Positions 1 to 10,047 of a DNA stretch of 64,000 nt are shown here, one piece after another (within the stretch, counting starts at the first letter, position 1; the number at the start of each line of letters is the position of its first letter). Source of the stretch: an uncultured Candidatus Saccharibacteria bacterium (GTDB lineage: Bacteria > Patescibacteriota > Saccharimonadia > Saccharimonadales > JALRHH01); the NCBI GenBank assembly GCA_964638875.1, contig CAZXBL010000001.1, forward strand, positions 489-64,488, in the 5' to 3' direction. The notes beneath the pieces were generated by a model. That model was not told the DNA's origin and made no database searches. It saw only the letters and a list, made by a program, of their open reading frames with translations. Position numbers and translations under genes: made by a program.

Positions 1-1274
1 TTAGCATTGACGGCGCACCTATCGAACATGGGCATAAATCTGAGGCTATTGACATACCAAAGCCATTCATCCTAATGCCAACAGGGAACGATCTTAGGAA
101 GAACAATCGTCGGGGGGTAGAGGGATTTGAGATATTTAACAAAAAGAATGATAAAAAGTTTCATCTTGTTGTGACATCCGTTTTTCAGGACTCTGAGATA
201 AAGGAACTTAAGAAAATCAGTAAGAACGTGGTTTTTACAGGAAATGTAAGTGGTGAGCAATTGGAGTATTTATATGAACAAACCGATGCCCTACTCTTTC
301 CTACAGAGTACGAGGGGCTTGGCTTGCCAATACTTGAGGCTCTTGAGAAAGCAAAACCAGTAGCATGTTCCGATATATCTGTTTTTAGAGAGATATCTGA
401 CAAGGCCTTCTACTATTTTGATCCTAAGAATCCTAGCGATATAGCAAAAGCCTTGGACACTGCAGTTAAAGTCAAGGAGCTACCATTAAAAGAATACGAT
501 AGGGTAGTTAAGAAATTTACGTGGGAAAGGACTGCTGAAATTTTCGTCCGACATGCAAAAGAGCAAGTTACGAAAATACGAAAAAATAATACAGACCCAG
601 TAAGTATATTTTGTCCTTCTGTTGACGAATCAGATAAAGGGGTTGAAACTCAGCAATTATATTCGGAACTTGTACGTATTTGTCGACCTTCTTTTTGTAT
701 GGACACTGATGGGTCAAAAAACGAGAAGAGCATCAACTATCTAGTACAAATTGCTGCTGTACAAAATATTGCTCGCCCTACAAAGATCAGGTTTGCAGAG
801 AAAACCCTACCAATTTACTTTATCGAAGATAGGACTGACTGCGCTGCCATATTGCTAACCGCACTTGCAAATCCCGGGTTACTCGTTTTAGGGGCTGGCA
901 GCCTTGATATTCTTTGGCAAGGTGCCGTTGACCGAAAGCTAATTGATTCAACCAGACTGTCCGTTGAAGAAAAAATAGATAAAGCCCATGCTACAGAGGG
1001 CAAGCTAGTCTCCTTAGTTGCCATGCAGAAGACAATCATTGTCCACACTAGAAGCATTAAAGATAAGCTAGATAGAATTATAAATCTACTACCCAATGTT
1101 TCTCGGCCAAAAGTTTTATTAATTCCTAGCCCAAGTACTGAACTTGTTTACAATGAGCTGAAACAAGACCTCTCGCTACTGGATTACCCCGTGACAAGGA
1201 AAGTAAGCAAGAAGGTCTATACTTATAAGGAATATGCAAAAACTATTTATGACGAGTCACAGGAAGTAGGGTAG
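1..1274 (+). CDS. GT4 family glycosyltransferase, 5' truncated by window edge
   Basis: Frame is open from position 3; GT-B motif FPTEYEGLGLPILEA...SDISVFRE. Confidence 0.85.
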   Translation, partial: SIDGAPIEHGHKSEAIDIPKPFILMPTGNDLRKNNRRGVEGFEIFNKKNDKKFHLVVTSVFQDSEIKELKKISKNVVFTGNVSGEQLEYLYEQTDALLFPTEYEGLGLPILEALEKAKPVACSDISVFREISDKAFYYFDPKNPSDIAKALDTAVKVKELPLKEYDRVVKKFTWERTAEIFVRHAKEQVTKIRKNNTDPVSIFCPSVDESDKGVETQQLYSELVRICRPSFCMDTDGSKNEKSINYLVQIAAVQNIARPTKIRFAEKTLPIYFIEDRTDCAAILLTALANPGLLVLGAGSLDILWQGAVDRKLIDSTRLSVEEKIDKAHATEGKLVSLVAMQKTIIVHTRSIKDKLDRIINLLPNVSRPKVLLIPSPSTELVYNELKQDLSLLDYPVTRKVSKKVYTYKEYAKTIYDESQEVG

Positions 1275-1279
1275 ACCCA

Positions 1280-2497
1280 ATGGGTAAGCTGTACATTGAT
1301 ATTACTGAGCTTACAGGGTGGACAGGTAAGTTAACGGGCGTGCCTCGAGTAATGGACGAGATATCAAGGCGCTTTTGTGCTGAGGACCAAGTTACATTTG
1401 TAATTTGGAGGCCAGAAGGTTATGTGGAGGTTAGCTATCCTTTATCCCAGACCAGTGAGGTAATAGACACGAGAACAGAGAGTTTACCCATGAGAGTTGC
1501 AAAAAAGATGCACAAGAAGTCGCGCATTGCTCGTAAGGCTGTTCGTGTGGGACGTGCAATTAAGACTGTTTCCAAGAAAGAAGCCGGCTCTACAGCATAC
1601 GTTCACCTAAGAAAAAGCGATATACTATTTGTTCTAGCCGACTGGCACGGGAGCGACCCATCTTTTATTGAATATCTTGTTAACGTTCAGGAGCATGGGG
1701 TTCGGCTTGTTCAGGTAGCGTATGATATGTTGCCAATAGTAACTCCACAATACTCCGGACATTCTACAGAAATGCTCAAGAACTACAGTTCGAAAGTTTA
1801 CCCCGTCTGCGATCTCATTTTCTCTATTTCTGAACATACTAAGAAAGATATAACAAGTTGGCTTTTGGGCAATAAGCTTATTGTACCCCCCATATCAGTA
1901 ATTAGATTGGGTGATGATTTCTCGAAGGTAGAGCCAAGTAAACCAGTCTCTTCGAACATCCCAAAGAAATTTATAATGTGTGTTGGGACAGTGGAAGCAA
2001 GGAAGAACCATGCACTACTGTATTACGCATATAAGCTTGGCTTTCAAAAAGGGATAGACTTGCTACCAATAGTAATAGTGGGGAGAGTAGGGTGGCTTGC
2101 AGAGGACATTTGTAAGATTATGCGACTTGACCCAGAAGTTAAAGACAAGTTTGTATTTCTACACGATGCTGACGACAATGAGTTAGCTTGGTTGTACGAG
2201 AACTGTCAATTCAGCATTTACCCTAGTTTCTATGAAGGCTGGGGATTGCCTATAGCAGAAAGCATAGCTCACGGAAAGCCTGTTGTCGCAAGCAACACTA
2301 GCAGTATGCCGGAGATAGCAGGAGACCTTATAAACTACTTCAGCCCAGCCTCGCCAGATGAGTGCCTGAAACGTATAATAGAGCTGTCGGATGATACTGT
2401 TAGGCAAGAGGCAATTGTCAAAATCAGCAAATATAACCCACATAGTTGGGATGAAACATATCAAGCAGTCCGCCACGCAATTAAAGGAATAAAATGA
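1280..2497 (+). CDS. GT4 family glycosyltransferase (mannosyltransferase-like)
   Basis: Motifs VGTVEARKNH, YPSFYEGWGLPIAES, SNTSSMPE. Confidence 0.9.
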   Translation: MGKLYIDITELTGWTGKLTGVPRVMDEISRRFCAEDQVTFVIWRPEGYVEVSYPLSQTSEVIDTRTESLPMRVAKKMHKKSRIARKAVRVGRAIKTVSKKEAGSTAYVHLRKSDILFVLADWHGSDPSFIEYLVNVQEHGVRLVQVAYDMLPIVTPQYSGHSTEMLKNYSSKVYPVCDLIFSISEHTKKDITSWLLGNKLIVPPISVIRLGDDFSKVEPSKPVSSNIPKKFIMCVGTVEARKNHALLYYAYKLGFQKGIDLLPIVIVGRVGWLAEDICKIMRLDPEVKDKFVFLHDADDNELAWLYENCQFSIYPSFYEGWGLPIAESIAHGKPVVASNTSSMPEIAGDLINYFSPASPDECLKRIIELSDDTVRQEAIVKISKYNPHSWDETYQAVRHAIKGIK

Positions 2498-3657
2498 GCA
2501 AAGTTGTCAAAGTTTTACAATTCTCAACGCACAATGAGGAATGTGGCATAGCGAAGTATCAAGAGCAGTTTGTAGCGAGCATGAATGGTTCCGAGGGATT
2601 TGTTACAGAGTACTTCCCATATTCACCAAATAAAACGAAGCAGATGGGTCAATCCGAGTTTAAGCAGGTAATGCAAGAGCTTGACTCGATGCTAGTAAAT
2701 TTCGATATCCTACATATCCAACATGAACTTTCATTTTTCAAGCACTCAGAGCTAGCACAAATCATAGGGCTCTGTAAGCGAAAGGGTAAAAAAGTTATGG
2801 TAACTGTCCATACCGCTCCTCATGCTCAATACATACCTCCTAGACTTGGTGGGGTTGGGCCACGTAGCTTCGCACGCTTTATAAAGTCAAAGCTTTCCGC
2901 AAAACGGTTCGTTACGCGCTACATATCTCCCCTCGCCGGTGCCGATCTAATACTTGTTCACAATAACCAGACAAAACTTAGTTTGGAGTCGTTTGGGGTA
3001 CCAAAAGGAATTATCAACATAATTCGGATACCAGTACCCCAACTTGATAAAAGTCGCACAAGTGTTGAAATCAAAGAGCACTTAAGTCTTAAAAAGGACG
3101 ACATCGTATATTGTACTGTAGGATTTTTATCTCGTATGAAAGGTGTAACTCATGCAGTTAAAGCCCTAAGTCTACTACCAGATAACTATAAGCTCGCAAT
3201 TATTGGGGGTAATCACCCTGATACCCTTGATCCCAGTTTTTATGACGAAGTCGTTGATCTTATCGTAAATCTGAAACTTCAAGACAGAGTATATATTACG
3301 GGTTACGTCGTGGAGGATGATCGGCTCAATGCACTCATAAGGGAATGTGATGTCTGCATATACCCGTTCGATACTAATTACTACTCCTATGTATCATCAG
3401 CCTCACTGAATAACGCATTCGCGAATCACAAACCAGTAGTGGCTTATTCCACTAAGACATTTACAGAAATTAATGAACAAGCGACAGTTATTAATTTCTG
3501 CAAGTCACCAAATTATTATGAGCTGGCAAGAGAATTGCAAAATATTGATATACCTAAAGCTGAAGAGGAATCAAGGAAGTACGCGGAAGCGTATAACTAT
3601 GATAAAGAAGCGTCAAGTTTCATTGAAATTTATCGTACCCTAGTAAGCGGCTCTTAA
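2494..3657 (+). CDS. GT4 family glycosyltransferase
   Basis: CGIAKY N-terminus, HIQHE, GFLSRMKG; ATGA overlap with the previous gene. Confidence 0.85.
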   Translation: MSKVVKVLQFSTHNEECGIAKYQEQFVASMNGSEGFVTEYFPYSPNKTKQMGQSEFKQVMQELDSMLVNFDILHIQHELSFFKHSELAQIIGLCKRKGKKVMVTVHTAPHAQYIPPRLGGVGPRSFARFIKSKLSAKRFVTRYISPLAGADLILVHNNQTKLSLESFGVPKGIINIIRIPVPQLDKSRTSVEIKEHLSLKKDDIVYCTVGFLSRMKGVTHAVKALSLLPDNYKLAIIGGNHPDTLDPSFYDEVVDLIVNLKLQDRVYITGYVVEDDRLNALIRECDVCIYPFDTNYYSYVSSASLNNAFANHKPVVAYSTKTFTEINEQATVINFCKSPNYYELARELQNIDIPKAEEESRKYAEAYNYDKEASSFIEIYRTLVSGS

Positions 3658-3659
3658 CC

Positions 3660-6293
3660 CTAAAGTACAGTGAGCTGCCAGAAAAGCCCTATATCTGTAA
3701 GCCATGTTTGACCCTCAATAACGGGTGTAAAGTACTCGTTGTACCCCCCTGGGGTTGAAGGGGTGGTTACCGAAAACTCAAATGTACCTTCTTGCCCTGG
3801 TGCAACACTAGTTTCTTTCAAAGTTGCGGCGCGGTTACAGCTGAGCCATGTGGAATTGCAAAAAGTGCTATTTCGGTTTTGAGCGTTACTGGTGCCAAGT
3901 CGTAGTGAAGATTTGTTCCAAGTTGCCCCGCTTGTGTTCTTAGCCTTTAACTGTAAATAATACGTAGTATTCCTGGCGAGTGAAGACGTGTTTGCTGGTT
4001 GGGTGAAGGAACTGTTTGTGTATGTACCTTGGCCTATATATTGCCAGGTATTAAGAGGGCTACTAAACTTGAACTCATAATACATCCCTATATCGTTCAT
4101 CCACGTCTTACCCTCGCTCAATGGAGTGAAGTACTCGCGTTTTATTGTTCCATTTTCTGAATACGGGAGCTTTACTGAAAACTCAAATGTACCTTCTTGC
4201 CCTGGTGCAACACTAGTTTCTTTCAAAGTTGCGGCGCGGTTACAGCTGAGCCACGAGCTATCGCAGAATGCGCTGGATCGATCTTTGGGGTTACTTGTAC
4301 CAAGACTCACTTTATTAATGCCAGAGTTGCTCCATGTGGCATTCCCCGTGTTTACGGCTTTTACTCTTGCGTAAACAATTGAGCCGTTAGAGAGACTCTG
4401 GCCAGTAGATATCTGAGAGGTTCTTCCAGGATCAGTATATAAATGTTGTGATATTTCCTGCCACTCATAGGTAGGAGGTCTTGTGTTAAGTTGCCAGTGA
4501 GTACCTTGATCATTCATCCACCCCACGCCTTCCACAACTGGTCTGAAATACTCGCTAAAGTTACCTATGCTTGACGGGGAAGTAACTTGAAACTCAAATG
4601 TACCCACCTCTCCTGGCTGTACAGCCGTCTCTTTTATGCTTGCAGGGCGCGAACAATTGAGCCATGTTGCGGTGCAGAACATACTTTGCCTATCAAGAGG
4701 ATTACTCGTTCCGAGATTAATGGGGTTATTTCCAGTATTTGTCCACACTGCATTTCCTAGATTACGTGCTCTTAACACCAAGTGGTAATTTGTGCTTGTT
4801 GCCAACAGACCAGGGTTTACAGATCTTGTTTTAGCGGAATCAGCATAGGCTGCTTGACCTTCATATGCCCAAACAAATGTAGGAGGCTTAACCTCAAGCT
4901 GCCAATGCATGCCCTGGTCATTCATCCAAGTTTTACCCTCTGCTAGTAAGCTGAAGTGTTCCCTTGTTACTCCATAGCCACCCTGTGCCTTTATGGGGAA
5001 CTCGAACGTTCCTATCTCACCTGGAGCCACAGAAGACTCTAATAAAGCTCCAGGGCGGCTACAGCTTAGCCAGGCAGGGGTACAGACTCCGCTAGTACGC
5101 TCTCTTGGATTATTGGTTCCAATTCTCACCGCACCATCTCCAGTATTTTTCCAAGCTTCATAGCCAGCATTTCGTGCCTTTACTCTGACATAAACTGTCT
5201 GCCCAGGTGCAAGCACTGAAGTGTTTACTGGATTAGTACGCTCCGGATTACCATAAGACTCTTGGCCTACAACAGACCATGCGTATGGTGTGTTAGTTTG
5301 GGTAGAGCCAAACCAATCAGTGAATATCCGCCAGAAATTACGATTTCCATATGCACTGCATCCATCCCCGGTTCCATAGAGATTGTTTAGTGCCGCTTGG
5401 TTTGGCTGGTAAGGGGTGTAGTAGTAAAGAGCAGCTGTTGCCTTATTTGTAATAAAAATATTTCCACCCCCACACCCACTTGGCTTTACGTCCCAGAGTA
5501 TAAAGTTTGTCGTACCGGGCACTTTGTAGCTACCACCCGGATCTGAACCCCCAGCTCGGTTCGACGGGCACTGAACCTTCACTCCATTTTCTGTACAACC
5601 CCACCATGGTTGATACATGCCATTGAGGTAGTCTCTAAAGAGCCTTGCAGATTCCCGGATTTGCATAGAGAAGCCAGCGTAGTTCGCATCGCAGTTTGCA
5701 CCTCCATTAGGACCGCTATCCGGGCAGTGTGCACCCATAGCATAGGTATATTGCTTCTCGAATGGCCAGTCATCAGTAGTGAGAGGGCCGGCAGATTCTT
5801 TCTGTATGGTAACTAATAGAACTTTAGGACTAATATTATATTGTTGTGCTGCATCCCAAATAAGCTGTGCCGCGCTTCTGGCACCAGCAGGAATAGGTTT
5901 ACCACCGTAGTTGTTTGCGGGTATCCCTGGGCTAGGGGTTACTTTTGGAACTTCATAATAATCTTTTAAACAAGTAAAAGGTGCAGGATTCCCGTTTGCG
6001 GCTCCATACTGAGCCCGGGTTCCGCCCCCAGATTCTGAAGCTCCAACTCCATTCGTATCGCATTGGCCAGCAATACGCCCATAACCACCTGTTCCAACTT
6101 TCTGGTTTAGAAAATCTTGTACCTGTGCTGCCGACATGGAGTTTGCATCGGTGAATACAGCATCGTCAATTATTCGTCCTGATTGCCAATTACTGGCATT
6201 AGCCGCCGAAGCAGTGGAGGATTCAATCAAGGCAATAAAAGGTGTGGCAAGAAGACTCAGGAAAAAGGCAAATAGTATAGGTGACTTGATCAT
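3660..6293 (-). CDS. Secreted surface protein: N-terminal putative lysozyme-like domain plus four Ig-like repeats
   Basis: Signal peptide; GRIIDDAVF, ISPKVLLVTIQKES, YYYTPY, AYGNRNFW; four ~135-aa repeats with N.G...W, WLSCxR, V.PG..GTFEF, EG..W..D.G. Confidence 0.75.
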   Translation of the reverse strand: MIKSPILFAFFLSLLATPFIALIESSTASAANASNWQSGRIIDDAVFTDANSMSAAQVQDFLNQKVGTGGYGRIAGQCDTNGVGASESGGGTRAQYGAANGNPAPFTCLKDYYEVPKVTPSPGIPANNYGGKPIPAGARSAAQLIWDAAQQYNISPKVLLVTIQKESAGPLTTDDWPFEKQYTYAMGAHCPDSGPNGGANCDANYAGFSMQIRESARLFRDYLNGMYQPWWGCTENGVKVQCPSNRAGGSDPGGSYKVPGTTNFILWDVKPSGCGGGNIFITNKATAALYYYTPYQPNQAALNNLYGTGDGCSAYGNRNFWRIFTDWFGSTQTNTPYAWSVVGQESYGNPERTNPVNTSVLAPGQTVYVRVKARNAGYEAWKNTGDGAVRIGTNNPRERTSGVCTPAWLSCSRPGALLESSVAPGEIGTFEFPIKAQGGYGVTREHFSLLAEGKTWMNDQGMHWQLEVKPPTFVWAYEGQAAYADSAKTRSVNPGLLATSTNYHLVLRARNLGNAVWTNTGNNPINLGTSNPLDRQSMFCTATWLNCSRPASIKETAVQPGEVGTFEFQVTSPSSIGNFSEYFRPVVEGVGWMNDQGTHWQLNTRPPTYEWQEISQHLYTDPGRTSQISTGQSLSNGSIVYARVKAVNTGNATWSNSGINKVSLGTSNPKDRSSAFCDSSWLSCNRAATLKETSVAPGQEGTFEFSVKLPYSENGTIKREYFTPLSEGKTWMNDIGMYYEFKFSSPLNTWQYIGQGTYTNSSFTQPANTSSLARNTTYYLQLKAKNTSGATWNKSSLRLGTSNAQNRNSTFCNSTWLSCNRAATLKETSVAPGQEGTFEFSVTTPSTPGGYNEYFTPVIEGQTWLTDIGLFWQLTVL
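3772..4253. repeat. 77-bp exact direct repeat (3772-3848 and 4177-4253) inside Ig-like repeats 3 and 4
   Basis: GAAAACTCAAATGTACC...GGTTACAGCTGAGCCA is identical in both copies. Confidence 0.95.
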
Positions 6294-6811
6294 TTTACTT
6301 CATAGGTTATAGTTTTTGAATAAGTCTGACCACCAGAGCTCACATTCAGAAGAATATTCCACGCACCGTTTCCGAGCGTTGAAACAGGCACACTAAATCC
6401 AGCGCATATCGAATATTCAGACTGATAAATAACTTCAGCTGTTTGTCTGTCTGTACCCACTCCAGACGTGACGGTCAGCTCACAGCTACCAGATGAAATT
6501 TGATGAAGTTTAGTAAAAACTGTAACGTAGTCGGTGCCTTGTTTGAGAGCAGCCAGTTCAATAGATCCTGTAGTTGGCGTAGGAGTATCGGTTGGTGGGG
6601 AAGAGTCCTCAATCAACTGCTTTTTAACTTTTGCATTTGCGTCTGCCTCTGCAAGTTTCTCTTCCTCAGTTGCGCTCGAGGTATCAGGTTGGGGACTGTT
6701 TTTGACAAAGTTTGTAACATTTAGTTTTTCAAGTGCAAAGAGGAGAGTTACGGCGATTGCCACTACAAGGAGTAGATAGAGTATTTTTTTACTATTTTTT
6801 TGTTTTGCCAT
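6290..6811 (-). CDS. Membrane-anchored hypothetical protein with C-terminal Cys-containing beta domain
   Basis: N-terminal TM helix; overlaps the downstream gene by ATGA. Confidence 0.75.
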   Translation of the reverse strand: MAKQKNSKKILYLLLVVAIAVTLLFALEKLNVTNFVKNSPQPDTSSATEEEKLAEADANAKVKKQLIEDSSPPTDTPTPTTGSIELAALKQGTDYVTVFTKLHQISSGSCELTVTSGVGTDRQTAEVIYQSEYSICAGFSVPVSTLGNGAWNILLNVSSGGQTYSKTITYEVK

Positions 6812-6875
6812 ATTAACTAAATTATAGCAAAAAGCATGAGCGAAATCAAGATGCGCTCGAAGGATGTCTTTGTTA

Positions 6876-7400
6876 TTAGGCAGCGCGGCCGTATTTGTCG
6901 TCTAGACGGACAATGTCTTCTTCGTCTGAGGGGTTGTCTGGGTCAGTGTGTTGCCAGAACTCGGCTACAATTCCCCAAGCACCGTTTCCAACAAGACGGT
7001 GGCGTTCACCTGGGGCGAATTGAACAATCTCATCATTGCTGAGAGTAATGACATTGCTCTGGGTGTCATCAAGGCTTCGGCGGTAGCCAACAGGCCCCTC
7101 GACACACTTCCACAGTTCTGCACGTCGGTCATGGTATTGCCAGGACAGCTCTTCTTCTGGACCAACAATTAGGATTTTTGGGCTCAGTTTGGAGCCGAAT
7201 TGTTTGATACTATCTAAGTTGTAGTCCGGGAAAAAGGTGCTAATGAATTCATCGGTCGATGCTTCATCGACGACGAAGAACCCACCCCAAGGACGGTCGG
7301 CATCAACAGAAGCTATATCGATTGCTAATTCGCCCAAATACGAGCGCACTTTTTCGAATACTTCTTCTTTGGGTGTTTCGGGTGTAAAACCAAGCTCCAT
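6876..7400 (-). CDS. Cupin-type mannose-6-phosphate isomerase-like protein
   Basis: RPWGGF, LSWQYHDRRAELW, GERHRL, EEDIVRLDDKYGR match the type II PMI cupin; divergent from manC. Confidence 0.8.
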   Translation of the reverse strand: MELGFTPETPKEEVFEKVRSYLGELAIDIASVDADRPWGGFFVVDEASTDEFISTFFPDYNLDSIKQFGSKLSPKILIVGPEEELSWQYHDRRAELWKCVEGPVGYRRSLDDTQSNVITLSNDEIVQFAPGERHRLVGNGAWGIVAEFWQHTDPDNPSDEEDIVRLDDKYGRAA

Positions 7401-7479
7401 TTAAACTCCTATTATCAAAACATGTTGTGTAATTATACCGTAATTGGGAGATTCCTCCAGGGCTTGATAGAATTTAGTC

Positions 7480-8523
7480 ATGATAACCGTAATAATTGCG
7501 GGAGGGTCTGGTACACGTCTGTGGCCACTGTCTACTCCTGAATATCCTAAACACTTGTTAAAGATAAACGGCGACAACAAGTCTCTTTTGCAAAACACAT
7601 ATGAACGTGCGAAGAGAATTAGCGACGCGACTTACGTTGTCACTGAAATCGGTCATGCACACCATATAAAAGAGCAACTACCCGAGCTTACTGATGATAA
7701 CTTCGTGATTGAGCCAGCACGCAGAGGCACTGCTAGTTGTATTGTGGCTGCCCTAAAACACATTACTGGACGGCACGACCCAGACGAACCGATTGTGGTG
7801 TTATCAGCCGATCATTTTGTTCGGGACGCAGACGGCTTTGCACACAGTTTTAGGGTTGCCTGTGAAGCATCATCTGATACGGGGAGGATTGTACTGGTGG
7901 GGGTTGAACCAGACCACGCAGCAACGGGCTTTGGATACATACAAAAGGATGGCATATTTGATGAAGAACTGTTTGTTTACAATGTCCATTCATTCAAAGA
8001 GAAGCCAGCCCATGATGTTGCACAAGAGTATGTTCGGAGCGGAAATTACCTCTGGAACTGTGGCTATTTTGTAGGTTCGCTGAATACGTTCAAATCAAGT
8101 ATGAAAGACCGCGCGCCTAAATTACTGGAAAATTACGAACGACTGGTTGTAACAAAGACACCAGAAGAATATGAGAGAACGTATTTAGCATTCGAAAATG
8201 ATGCAATTGATTACGCACTGATTGAGAAGGCTGATGACTTATTGGTTGTCCCGGCGGCATTTGATTGGATGGATCTTGGGTCATATGGTGATATACACAA
8301 AGCCGTAGAGAGTGATGAACAAGGCAATAGCGTGCACGGAGAAAAAGTTGCTTTAGTTGATGTTGAGAATTCACTTGTTCAAAACTACGAAGACAAGCCT
8401 TTGGCAGTGATAGGGCTGGATAACGTAGCTATTATTAATACACCACAAGGTATCGTGGTTACTCGGAAGGATATCAGCCAGAAAGTTAAAGACGCCGTTG
8501 CTTTGCTCGAGAAAAAGAAGTAG
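7480..8523 (+). CDS. manC: Mannose-1-phosphate guanylyltransferase
   Basis: IIAGGSGTRLWPLS...PK, EPARRGTA, FKEKP, WNCG, IDYALIEK, WMDLGS. Confidence 0.93.
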   Translation: MITVIIAGGSGTRLWPLSTPEYPKHLLKINGDNKSLLQNTYERAKRISDATYVVTEIGHAHHIKEQLPELTDDNFVIEPARRGTASCIVAALKHITGRHDPDEPIVVLSADHFVRDADGFAHSFRVACEASSDTGRIVLVGVEPDHAATGFGYIQKDGIFDEELFVYNVHSFKEKPAHDVAQEYVRSGNYLWNCGYFVGSLNTFKSSMKDRAPKLLENYERLVVTKTPEEYERTYLAFENDAIDYALIEKADDLLVVPAAFDWMDLGSYGDIHKAVESDEQGNSVHGEKVALVDVENSLVQNYEDKPLAVIGLDNVAIINTPQGIVVTRKDISQKVKDAVALLEKKK

Positions 8524-10047
8524 ATGAAGCTCATTGATTCGTTAAGCTACGCACCGTTTGAACTGGCATTTGGTACATCGGGTTTGCGAGGTCTGGTGAC
8601 ACACATGACAGACCTAGAGTGCTATATAAATGCGTATGGTTTTATTGATTTCCTAAAACAGAGTGAGGATCTTCAAGAAGGTAGCACGGTCTATCTAGCG
8701 GGCGATCTACGCGACAGTACGCCCAGAATGTTACAGGTGATGACGGCGGCTATCAATGATGCAGGAATGGCAGTAGTTTACTGTGGCAAGATCCCAACCC
8801 CTGCGATCGCCTACTATTCGTTAGATAACAAAGCTCCTTGCATCATGGTGACCGGAAGTCACATCCCTGCCGATCGTAACGGTATTAAGTTCTATAAAGC
8901 ATCGGGTGAGGTATTAAAGGCAGACGAGGCACTCATGCAGCAACAAGTTGCAGTTGCGCGTAGGACCATCTACGCTCAGCAGCTTAAGGAGTCTAAGTTT
9001 AAACCTGACGGCTCCCTGAAAGACCTGCCTGAACTCCCGGTCGTAGACCAGGGAGCTGAGACTGTCTATAGTAATCGCTACATTGATGTTTTTGGCCCCA
9101 ATGCCCTGGCAGGTAAAGAAATTGTGATGTACCAACATAGCGCAGTAGGGCGGGATATCATAGTGCAGATCATGGAATCACTGGGGGCTACAGTCACTCC
9201 AGTTGAAAGAAGCGAAATATTTGTACCTATTGATACTGAAAATGTCCGGGAAGCCGAAAAGCAACTCTTTAAGCGATTTGCCACTGAAAACCCTAATTGC
9301 TTCGCAATTGTATCTACTGACGGGGATAGCGACCGACCTTTTGTAATCGATGAGACAGGTGAATTTCACCGTGGCGATGTACTGGGCTGCGTCGCTACTG
9401 ATTTTTTGGAGGCTCAGTTTGCTGCAGTACCTATTAGCGCTAATGACGCAGTTGACGAGTTCTGTACTAAGAAAAGTGTAGAACTGGTACACACAAAGAT
9501 TGGATCACCATTTGTAATCGTTGCGATGCAACAATCCACCCGACATCCTGCAGTGGGCTGGGAGGTGAATGGGGGGCTATTAACGGGCGATGACATTTTT
9601 GTAAATGGGAAAGTATTAAGGGCATTGCCTACCCGTGATGCGTTGTTGCCGATTCTCTGCGCACTACTGTCCGCGGCCCAACCAGATAGAAAAGTCTCAG
9701 AAGTATTCGCAGCCCTTCCTGCACGTTATACTGGAGGAGGATTGATTGACGTCACTGAAGAACAGACAGGACAGGTAAGAAGTCTTGGTAATGATATAGC
9801 TCGCGCGCAGCAGGTAGCTGATAGCATATTTGCCAATTCGTCTTTTGGTAGTGCCACACTGGATACTACTGACGGACTAAGAATGATATTTGAAAACGGC
9901 GAAGTTATGCACTTGCGTGCCTCTGGGAATGCGCCTCAAGTGCGAGTTTATACAAATGCAGCAACACAGTCACGCGCTGATGAACTTGCGGACGAAGCCC
10001 TCGACAGTAAGGGCTACATCATGAAATTACTGAGTAAGTTGGCTTAA
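8524..10047 (+). CDS. manB: Phosphomannomutase
   Basis: FGTSGLRG, TGSHIP, DGDSDRP, RASGNAP. Confidence 0.92.
   Translation: MKLIDSLSYAPFELAFGTSGLRGLVTHMTDLECYINAYGFIDFLKQSEDLQEGSTVYLAGDLRDSTPRMLQVMTAAINDAGMAVVYCGKIPTPAIAYYSLDNKAPCIMVTGSHIPADRNGIKFYKASGEVLKADEALMQQQVAVARRTIYAQQLKESKFKPDGSLKDLPELPVVDQGAETVYSNRYIDVFGPNALAGKEIVMYQHSAVGRDIIVQIMESLGATVTPVERSEIFVPIDTENVREAEKQLFKRFATENPNCFAIVSTDGDSDRPFVIDETGEFHRGDVLGCVATDFLEAQFAAVPISANDAVDEFCTKKSVELVHTKIGSPFVIVAMQQSTRHPAVGWEVNGGLLTGDDIFVNGKVLRALPTRDALLPILCALLSAAQPDRKVSEVFAALPARYTGGGLIDVTEEQTGQVRSLGNDIARAQQVADSIFANSSFGSATLDTTDGLRMIFENGEVMHLRASGNAPQVRVYTNAATQSRADELADEALDSKGYIMKLLSKLA

Noticed and set aside
3772-4253. CRISPR or DGR template/variable repeat interpretation of the 77-bp repeat
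   Set aside because: Only two identical in-frame copies, no adenine-specific mismatches, and no reverse transcriptase or cas gene in the window
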